In this document: in pieces, positions 1-5,597 of the stretch
Layout: each line of letters begins with the position of its first letter
How positions within the stretch are numbered: the stretch's first letter is position 1
NCBI GenBank assembly: GCA_044342325.1
Contig: JBIIPZ010000062.1
Span: forward strand, 1-12,909
DNA: 12,909 nt
Direction: 5' to 3'
Source of the DNA: Terrimicrobiaceae bacterium
GTDB lineage: Bacteria > Verrucomicrobiota > Verrucomicrobiia > Chthoniobacterales > Terrimicrobiaceae
Position numbers and translations under genes: made by a program
Notes under the pieces: model-generated
What the model saw: only the letters and a program-made list of their open reading frames with translations
What the model was told of the DNA's origin: nothing
The model's database searches: none

Positions 1-81
1 TGGACTAAAGCGGCACAGAGCCCATCCTGCAATCACGAGCCATGTCGCGATACCTGCAAACGGATAACAAAAACGGCTCAT
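1..81 (-). CDS. Cassette 4 gene, 5' part only (MSRFCYPFAGIATWLVIAGWALCRFSP...), hydrophobic N-terminus; hypothetical membrane or secreted protein
   Basis: ATG at 81-79 follows the core GTTAGCC (95-89) and AAAAAAT, the same geometry as the other cassette starts. The frame is open for 27 codons to the window edge. It is absent from the ORF track because it is truncated. Confidence 0.7.
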   Translation of the reverse strand, partial: MSRFCYPFAGIATWLVIAGWALCRFSP

Positions 82-88
82 ATTTTTT

Positions 89-202
89 GGCTAACGTCTC
101 CGATGACCTGCTCACACTTGCTTTTGGCATCCGAGCCTGCTCCGAAGGCGAAATGCCGAAAGTTCCGCTGGCATGGTGATTCGTCCCATCGGCTCATTAG
201 GT
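89..202 (-). other. attC: attC site of cassette 3 (114 bp) with degenerate R'' core
   Basis: On the + (bottom) strand: GGCTAAC (89-95), L'-like CGATGAC (101-107), inner stem CTTTTGGCAT (121-130)/ATGCCGAAAG (153-162), L''-like GTCCCATCG (183-191), and ATTAGGT (196-202) where GTTRRRY is expected. It is clearly homologous to 983-1109. Confidence 0.85.
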
Positions 203-211
203 CTTTTTTTC

Positions 212-583
212 TCATTTTCCTTGTTTGGCAGAGGAAGCGTTTTCTCCCATCACATATCCCATCATAAAGCTCATTTTCGCCTGATAGCCGCTCCAGTAGG
301 CTACACGAAGCCATTCTGAGTCTTCGCCCTCAAGCAAAATTATCCCTGATGTCGAATCCATGCCGCTTGTGAACGAATCCATGTATTGCTGTGCCCTTTT
401 CGCGTCAATGAGAGTGGCAATCTTCTGCTTTTCTGATTCAATTATCTCTGCTCGCCGAGTTTTGTTAAACTCCTCGGCAATCTGCTTCTCCCTTACATCG
501 AAAATGTAGGTATCTTGAATATCTGATGCAAAGAGGATCCGCGCCAGCGAACAACAGAGAAAAGCGTATAGCAAAGTCTTCAT
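212..583 (-). CDS. Cassette 3 gene: hypothetical protein (123 aa) with probable signal peptide
   Basis: The N-terminus MKTLLYAFLCCSLARILFA-SD looks like a Sec signal peptide. The ATG lies just after TTCGGCAAGAAT and the ORF fills the space between two attC-like sites. No family recognised. Confidence 0.8.
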   Translation of the reverse strand: MKTLLYAFLCCSLARILFASDIQDTYIFDVREKQIAEEFNKTRRAEIIESEKQKIATLIDAKRAQQYMDSFTSGMDSTSGIILLEGEDSEWLRVAYWSGYQAKMSFMMGYVMGENASSAKQGK

Positions 584-589
584 ATTCTT

Positions 590-637
590 GCCGAAAGTCC
601 CGAATGGAGAGGGATTAGGTCCACTGGCTCGTTAGCC
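590..637 (-). other. attC: Truncated (half) attC of cassette 2, about 48 bp
   Basis: R'' is GTTAGCC on + at 631-637 and contains the TAA stop of the cassette 2 gene. Segment 589-637 aligns with the R''-proximal halves of the other two attC sites. The AAC/CGATGAC half and the inner loop are missing. Confidence 0.8.
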
Positions 638-940
638 ATGTATTCTTTTAGTTTCAGCTTGGGTATATTCTGACCTTGCTTCTGAATTGGGTTGTTTGTT
701 CTTCTGGCGACACCAAACAAGGAAATCATCAATGCGGAAAGGAATGCGATAAACGCGAGTTTTTGCATCTTGAAGCCGCTCTACGGTTTTCTCTGCGTTA
801 TTCAACCATTCTTGATAGGGGTAGTCAAATGTCTCGGGATCTGCCACATGATCTGGAATGGTGCTCCACTCATCCGGCGAATACCATGTCACGCCAGTCA
901 CTACGGATGGAGGTCGCTCAGAATTGGATTGTTCGCTCAT
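632..940 (-). CDS. Cassette 2 gene: conserved hypothetical protein (102 aa)
   Basis: The ORF is bounded by the core at 989-983 and R'' at 637-631. The pattern GVTWY...W...D....Y.EWL..AE...F..WC...N..AR..Y resembles a small family of unknown function that I recall; not verified by search. Confidence 0.85.
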   Translation of the reverse strand: MSEQSNSERPPSVVTGVTWYSPDEWSTIPDHVADPETFDYPYQEWLNNAEKTVERLQDAKTRVYRIPFRIDDFLVWCRQKNKQPNSEARSEYTQAETKRIHG

Positions 941-982
941 ACTGAAATTGCGGTAGGGTCTGAATCAGGCGGATTATTTTTA

Positions 983-1109
983 GGCTAACGTCCGCGATGA
1001 CGGATCACCACTTGCTTCTGGCATAGCTCCTGCCCGCGAAGCGGAATTAGCAGGAGAGCTATGCCAGAAGTCCCGGAGGGATGGGATTGGGTGGACTGGT
1101 CTGTTCGGA
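983..1109 (-). other. attC: attC site of cassette 1 (127 bp)
   Basis: On +: GGCTAAC (983-989), CGATGAC (995-1001), a perfect 15-bp inverted repeat CTTCTGGCATAGCTC (1015-1029)/GAGCTATGCCAGAAG (1056-1070), apical CCGC-GAA-GCGG (1034-1044), and GTTCGGA (1103-1109), 3 nt after the stop of the cassette 1 gene. Confidence 0.92.
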
Positions 1110-1112
1110 TTT

Positions 1113-1478
1113 TCATTCCATTTTTAATCGGCTTCCCAGAATATTTTTGAGATATTTCTTGAGTTCTTCAAAATGATTTGTGTCCAAGTTGAATGTAATG
1201 TCAATTGTCCTCGACGCATCAAGGATAATCTTTATGCGATTAGCTTCCAAGCTTGCCGAGCGGATTGAACCACCGTCATCATAGTCATTTCCATCGTGCC
1301 ACTCTATCGTGGTCGCGCCGGGGAATTCGAAGTTGCGGCTAATCAAAACATAGGGCGACTTCCGTCTGTCTTCTGCATCTTCCGTATCGTCACAAGTGGT
1401 GTCAAAAACCACCTGCTGGATCTCCCAATCCATCGCGTTTCTGCAATCAACGTAGGGAGCGTCAAAAGAAAGGTTCAT
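1113..1478 (-). CDS. Cassette 1 gene: probable Imm10-like polymorphic-toxin immunity protein (121 aa)
   Basis: The likely start is ATG 1478, 6 nt after the core GTTCGGA; the ORF-track start at 1508 lies inside attI. The protein is small and acidic. The pattern F.A..V...VVFD...PYVLISRNFE...IEWHD...GGSI....L....I.I.L...IDITF......FEELK..L..I resembles Imm10 by eye only. Confidence 0.65.
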   Translation of the reverse strand: MNLSFDAPYVDCRNAMDWEIQQVVFDTTCDDTEDAEDRRKSPYVLISRNFEFPGATTIEWHDGNDYDDGGSIRSASLEANRIKIILDASRTIDITFNLDTNHFEELKKYLKNILGSRLKME

Positions 1479-1484
1479 TATATT

Positions 1485-1520
1485 TCCGAACGTTGTTTGG
1501 TCACACAAAATTCCAATTTA
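1485..1520 (-). other. attI: attI site; crossover G^TT between 1491 and 1490
   Basis: The - strand reads ...GTGTGACCAAACAACG^TTCGGA, similar to the attI1 end (CCCTAAAACAAAG^TT). The core matches R'' of the first attC and lies between the first cassette and intI. The upstream limit of the site is approximate. Confidence 0.85.
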
Positions 1521-1541
1521 ACTATCAAGGCAAGAAAAAAG

Positions 1542-1569
1542 TGGACAATTCAGGTGGGTGTTGCAGAAT
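1542..1569 (+). promoter_or_regulatory. Possible sigma70-type promoter for intI
   Basis: TGGACA (1542-1547), 16 nt, CAGAAT (1564-1569), ending 7 nt before ATG 1577. This would give a nearly leaderless mRNA, and no clear SD is present. The consensus match is weak. Confidence 0.25.
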
Positions 1570-1576
1570 TGGAATC

Positions 1577-2977
1577 ATGAGCGAGGGGAAAGAGATAGTT
1601 GTTGCGGAGCATCCGAAGGCGTGGGTGGTGCGGATGGTGGCGGGGCGGGGAATACGAGTCCCTGAGAAGACGCTGTATTGGTGGAGCGTGCATTTGGAGC
1701 GGTTTCTGAAGTTTTGTCGGAGCGCGGGAGCGGAATCAAGCGAAATTCCCGAGGTGGCGGCAAGGTTGTTTTTGGAGTCGTTGCCAGTCGGCGGTTCGGC
1801 GCAGGATTTCGCACGCGAGCAGGCGCGGATGGCGCTGGATGTTTTTATAGGCGAGATGATGGGGTGGTCGTGGGGCGAAGATCGGTATGGGCGGGTGGGG
1901 CCGAAATTCCGGCTGAAGGCGAACTCAACAGGATTGACCACCGAGGACACCGAGAACACAGAGGGTTTGGTATCTACAAAACAAGAAGTGATCTTGAATG
2001 AGGGAAAAGTAATTGGGCAGAATCGCAAGAGTTGGGAGGCGATGCGGCGGGCGTTGAGGGTGCGGCATTATGCCTTGCGGACGGAGGAATCGTATTTGCA
2101 CTGGGTGGCGCGATTTTTGGACTGGGTGGAGCGCAGAGGTGGGAACTTGGATGCAGCTTGCGAAGGAGAAGTGCGGGCTTTTTTGGAGGAATTGGCGGTT
2201 GGGCGAGGGGTGGCGGCGGCGACGCAGAATCAGGCGTTTTCGGCGCTGTTGTTTTTCTTTGGCGAGGTGTTGAAGCGTCCGCTGGAAAAGGTGGATGCAC
2301 TGCGGGCGAAGCGGACGACGCGGCTGCCGGTGGTGCTCTCGCGGGAGGAGGTGCGGCGTTTGCTGGGCGGACTGGAGGGCACGATGTCACTAATAGGGAG
2401 GCTGCTCTACGGGACGGGGATGCGGATGATGGAGGCGATCCGGCTGCGGGTAAAGGATGTGGATTTCGACCGCCAGCAGGTTATCGTTCGCGAGGGGAAG
2501 GGATCGAAGGACCGGGTGGTGATGTTGCCGGAGACGCTGCGCGAGCCGTTGCGGGAGCATCTGGAACGGGTGCGGATTCTTTTCAATGAGGATCGCGCGG
2601 CGGGCTTGCCTGGCGTGTGGTTGCCCGGTGCGTATGGGGTGAAGGATCCGAAGGCGGGCGAGCGCTGGGAGTGGCAGTGGGTTTTTCCATCGAAGAGCGT
2701 GGGCAAGGATCCGCGCAGCGAGGTGCGGCGGCGGCACCATGTGCATGACAACGGAGTGGGGAAGGCTCTGGGCGTGGCGGTGCGGCGGGCGGGGATCGCA
2801 AAAAAAATCACGGCGCATACGCTGCGGCACTCGTTTGCCACGCACTTGCTGGAAAGTGGGGCGGACATCCGCACGGTGCAGGAGCTACTGGGCCATAGCG
2901 ATGTGAGCACGACGATGATCTACACGCATGTGCTGAACCGTCCGGGCGTCTCGGTGCGGAGCCCGCTGGATGGCTAA
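1577..2977 (+). CDS. intI: Integron integrase (tyrosine recombinase), long form of about 466 aa with N-terminal extension
   Basis: Motifs present: RVRHYALRTEESYLHW, AATQNQAFSALLF, LPVVLSREEV, LLYGTGMR, REGKGSKDR, the IntI-specific insertion VWLPGAYGVKDPKAGERWEWQWVFPS...RRHH, HTLRHSFATHLLE, IRTVQELLGHSDVSTTMIYTHV and terminal SPLD. Catalytic R-K-H-R-H-Y residues are intact. ATG 1577 is preferred over TTG 1493, which overlaps attI. Confidence 0.97.
   Translation: MSEGKEIVVAEHPKAWVVRMVAGRGIRVPEKTLYWWSVHLERFLKFCRSAGAESSEIPEVAARLFLESLPVGGSAQDFAREQARMALDVFIGEMMGWSWGEDRYGRVGPKFRLKANSTGLTTEDTENTEGLVSTKQEVILNEGKVIGQNRKSWEAMRRALRVRHYALRTEESYLHWVARFLDWVERRGGNLDAACEGEVRAFLEELAVGRGVAAATQNQAFSALLFFFGEVLKRPLEKVDALRAKRTTRLPVVLSREEVRRLLGGLEGTMSLIGRLLYGTGMRMMEAIRLRVKDVDFDRQQVIVREGKGSKDRVVMLPETLREPLREHLERVRILFNEDRAAGLPGVWLPGAYGVKDPKAGERWEWQWVFPSKSVGKDPRSEVRRRHHVHDNGVGKALGVAVRRAGIAKKITAHTLRHSFATHLLESGADIRTVQELLGHSDVSTTMIYTHVLNRPGVSVRSPLDG
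1939..1965 (+). repeat. Three tandem 9-mers (CACCGAGGA CACCGAGAA CACAGAGGG) in the IntI inter-domain linker
   Basis: Read directly from the sequence; encodes TEDTENTE. A related copy lies at 3002-3028. Confidence 0.65.
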
Positions 2978-3001
2978 TGTGTGGCAAATTTCTTCAGGAT
3001 T

Positions 3002-3028
3002 CACCACGGACACATAGCACACAGAGGA
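3002..3028 (+). repeat. Three tandem 9-mers (CACCACGGA CACATAGCA CACAGAGGA) just downstream of intI
   Basis: Read directly from the sequence. Same period, orientation and CAC registers as 1939-1965, and both contain ACACAGAGG at the end. Confidence 0.55.
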
Positions 3029-3168
3029 GTTAATTGCGGCAAGTCAAATGTGTGGAGTCTCTTGGCGCGTAAAGCTCGGATGGTCCGGCGAGAAGAACCC
3101 TTTTTCCAGACGACCAAATATCAACAATTAATGCCCCCTTTGGCCGGTATTGAAGGTTGGTGAGGCAA

Positions 3169-4050
3169 TTATTCGGCAGCTGATGCAGCAGCCCAGCAGG
3201 ACTTGGCCAGCTCGACATACCGAAGGGCTTCGAGCCAGCGGTCGGATGCCTCGCGGAGAATGCCGTCCGGGCCGGGAATTTCGTGAGCGTAGTGGCAGCT
3301 GGCTGGCAGCAACTCGGGGTTAAATGGCAGGAAATCGCCTGGTCTGGCCGTTGCAAGGAATCCGGCCATTGATCGGGTCCACATGCTGCGGAATGCAGCG
3401 ATGGGATCCCCCATAGTCGGATCGGACATCGGCATTTGGATATGGCTATTGTTACCAAGGCGGGCATGCATGAACCGGACCCTCTCAAAAACGGGGGCGA
3501 GGAAAGCGAGTTTCTCCTCTAAGTCGCCGTAAGCCATCTCGCACCCCGTCCACCAATGGCTGAAATCGCCGTTAATACGGATCTCGGGATTGCGTTCGAT
3601 CATGCGAACCGTGCGCCAGGTGTCCTGGGTGATGGTGGCGCGATGTGTCTCAATAAAGATCGGCAGCCCGCTGGCCGCTGAGGCACGGATCACATCCTGC
3701 ACCAGGGCGTCGGTGGTTGCATCGTCCTCATGCCCCCAGCCAACATGCAGAGTGGACGCTTCGAATCCGGCTGCGGCCCATGCATCGGCAAGAGGCGCGA
3801 TCTCACCGACCTTGTTGATGCGTCCACTCACCGTGCAGCCCAACCCCAGAGCCTTCGCATGAGGTAGATGAGAATCCCCTCCCTGCACCCCTTCGAATCC
3901 AGCTTCTTTGAGGGCTGTCAAAACCGTAAGTTCATCCCCTTTGGGGCCTTGGGACCAGTCCGGAAGGGACCACAGGTTACCCATGTTGATGTCGATGCGC
4001 AGACGCGGGGCGCGCGTGGATCCGTCGTTCAGATGTGGAATAGAGGTCAT
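3169..4050 (-). CDS. Sugar phosphate isomerase/epimerase-like TIM-barrel protein (xylose isomerase-like/AP endonuclease 2 fold), 293 aa
   Basis: Motifs LKEAGFEGVQ, IFIETHR, INGDFSHW, FMHARLG and FNPELLP give the E/D/H/E metal-ligand pattern typical of this fold. SD AAGGAG lies 6 nt before the ATG. Confidence 0.8.
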   Translation of the reverse strand: MTSIPHLNDGSTRAPRLRIDINMGNLWSLPDWSQGPKGDELTVLTALKEAGFEGVQGGDSHLPHAKALGLGCTVSGRINKVGEIAPLADAWAAAGFEASTLHVGWGHEDDATTDALVQDVIRASAASGLPIFIETHRATITQDTWRTVRMIERNPEIRINGDFSHWWTGCEMAYGDLEEKLAFLAPVFERVRFMHARLGNNSHIQMPMSDPTMGDPIAAFRSMWTRSMAGFLATARPGDFLPFNPELLPASCHYAHEIPGPDGILREASDRWLEALRYVELAKSCWAAASAAE

Positions 4051-4157
4051 GACTTGCTCCTTGGAGTCGGTTGGTAATTACGATGCGTTGAGTTTTGTGT
4101 TGCCTGGGAATCCGTGACGCTACTGTCGCTGATCCCGAGATTTTGTTTGTGTCTTGT

Positions 4158-4778
4158 CTACTTTATAGCCTGCCTAAAATCATGTTTTGCTATTGAAAAA
4201 CCAGCCTCGGCAACCATCGGGGGAAGGTCGGCCAATGTCACCCTCGGCCATTCGTGCCTGCGATGGAAGCCGCAGACGGCGTGCGGCGAGGTGGTCGAAA
4301 TGACAGGTGTTGGAGTTCCTGGTGTGTAGTCGTAGCGGCCGAAGGAGAGCAACCACTCGGGATGGTCCCCGGGAAAGAGGCCCTTGAGCGGAATCCTTGC
4401 CTCGACACTCCAACCCTCCGGAGTGAGCTCGGTCCGGCTCGTGAAAAGCGATTGGGCGACCGCGCGCTCCTCGAGGGTTTTGTTTGTATCCGTTCCATCG
4501 AAGTAAAGCTGGAGGACGCTGTTCGAGGGTGTCACATGCAGTTCGTAGTAGGCCTTCTCATCGGCGGGCCCGAGAAAAATCTCAAAAGCGTCGCATTGCA
4601 TGAAGGCTGGAAAGTTCAGGGGAAAGACATCCTGCATCGGGTGCGCATCGGTCAACTCCGCGCGGATGAGGAGGTCGTTTTCCGAAAGGCCGAGCGTGAC
4701 TTGACCTGACGCAAAGGCGGGTTCGACTTGCGGAAGCCAGGGTTGGCCGAAGGGCCAGACGTGTGTTGGGTTTTCCAT
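4158..4778 (-). CDS. Carbohydrate-binding family 9-like (DOMON-like) protein, 206 aa, no signal peptide
   Basis: Motifs DAFEIFL, YYELHVTPSN, GWSVEARIPL and a C-terminal FH...W are typical of CBM9-like beta-sandwich proteins. Confidence 0.72.
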   Translation of the reverse strand: MENPTHVWPFGQPWLPQVEPAFASGQVTLGLSENDLLIRAELTDAHPMQDVFPLNFPAFMQCDAFEIFLGPADEKAYYELHVTPSNSVLQLYFDGTDTNKTLEERAVAQSLFTSRTELTPEGWSVEARIPLKGLFPGDHPEWLLSFGRYDYTPGTPTPVISTTSPHAVCGFHRRHEWPRVTLADLPPMVAEAGFSIAKHDFRQAIK

Positions 4779-4874
4779 GGGATCAGTTTTTAAAAAGAGG
4801 TCTTTTTTCCAGCCAGCATTTGGCCATGAGCAGATGACCTGTGAGATTGAAGGCAGTGACCATCAGACCGGTTT

Positions 4875-5597
4875 TTATACTTTCAGCATCTCGGACTTGA
4901 TTTCGTCGCTGGAGCCGATTTTGTGGAGGCTGCCGTCGCGGATCCAGCAGACGCGGTCGCTGGCGGCGAGCATTTTGTCATCGTGGGTGGAGCAGATGAT
5001 GGTGACGCCTTTTTCGCTGTTGAGGGATTTCATGAGCTCGATGATTTCCTCACCGGTTTTGGTGTCGAGGTTTCCGGTGGGTTCGTCGGCGAGGATGACG
5101 CTGGGTGTGTTGGCGAGGGCGCGGGCTACGGCGACGCGTTGCTGCTGTCCGCCGGAGAGCTCGAAGGGTTTGTTGTGGAGTCGGTGTCCAAGGCCGACGC
5201 GCTGGAGGATGTCGGTGGCTTTCTCGATGGCGTCTTTGCGGCTGTCGCCGCGAAATGTCATAGGGAGCATGACATTTTGCAGGGCGCTCATCACGGCGAT
5301 GAGGTTGAAGGTTTGGAAAATGTATCCGATGCGATTGCAGCGCACCCAGGCCTGCTTGGCTTCGGGGAGGTCGAAGAGGGATTCGCCTTCGAAGAAAACG
5401 CGTCCCTCGGTGGGAACATCGAGGGCGCCGATCTGGTTGAAGAATGTGGATTTTCCGGAACCGGAGGGTCCCATGATGGAAAGAAACTCGCCACGGCGGA
5501 TGTCGAGGGTGATACCTTTGAGGGCCCAGACTTCCTCTTCGCCGAGGCGGTAGAGTTTTTTCACATTTTCCGTGCGGATGATGCAGTCGGTGCTCAT
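4875..5597 (-). CDS. ABC transporter ATP-binding protein, LolD/MacB/FtsE family, 240 aa
   Basis: Walker [11 protein letters not shown]-loop IGYIFQTFNL, signature LSGGQQQR, Walker B ILADEPTGNLD and H-loop STHD. The start overlaps the upstream stop (ATGA). Confidence 0.96.
   Translation of the reverse strand: MSTDCIIRTENVKKLYRLGEEEVWALKGITLDIRRGEFLSIMGPSGSGKSTFFNQIGALDVPTEGRVFFEGESLFDLPEAKQAWVRCNRIGYIFQTFNLIAVMSALQNVMLPMTFRGDSRKDAIEKATDILQRVGLGHRLHNKPFELSGGQQQRVAVARALANTPSVILADEPTGNLDTKTGEEIIELMKSLNSEKGVTIICSTHDDKMLAASDRVCWIRDGSLHKIGSSDEIKSEMLKV

Larger units (their letters stand above)
1..2977. mobile_element. Complete integron (intI + attI + cassette array of at least 4 genes, continuing beyond the left edge)
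   Basis: An IntI-type tyrosine recombinase on + is divergent from short, AT-richer ORFs on -. These ORFs are separated by homologous palindromic attC-like sites. Cassette 1 begins TTCGGA and its R'' is TCCGAAC; cassette 2 begins TTAGCC and its R'' is GGCTAAC. Start core and R'' are therefore complementary, as expected for circularisable cassettes. Confidence 0.95.

Noticed and set aside
89..1109. Recurring palindromes interpreted as a CRISPR array or rho-independent terminators
   Set aside because: The spacing is gene-sized, the copies are divergent and bounded by AAC/GTT cores with no poly-U tails; attC explains them.
1479..1508. In-frame TTG start within attI extending the cassette 1 gene (MCDQTTFGNI)
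   Set aside because: It crosses the recombination point and has a weak start codon with no good SD. An ORF-11-like role cannot be excluded but is unsupported.
1493..1576. ORF-track N-terminal 28 aa of the integrase (TTG start)
   Set aside because: It overlaps attI and leaves no promoter space; ATG 1577 is more plausible.
1525..2910. Alternative-frame and antisense ORFs within intI
   Set aside because: Their low-complexity Pro/Ala/Gly/Arg-rich translations result from the G-rich, high-GC coding of intI.
2981..3163. 60-aa ORF between intI and the TIM-barrel gene, considered as a possible RiPP precursor or small protein
   Set aside because: It has a GTG start with no SD, lies on the opposite strand from the PqqD operon, has no precursor-like features and overlaps the 9-mer repeat.
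2978..3168. Expected bidirectional terminator between convergent intI and TIM-barrel genes
   Set aside because: No convincing GC-rich stem with a U-tract was found by eye.
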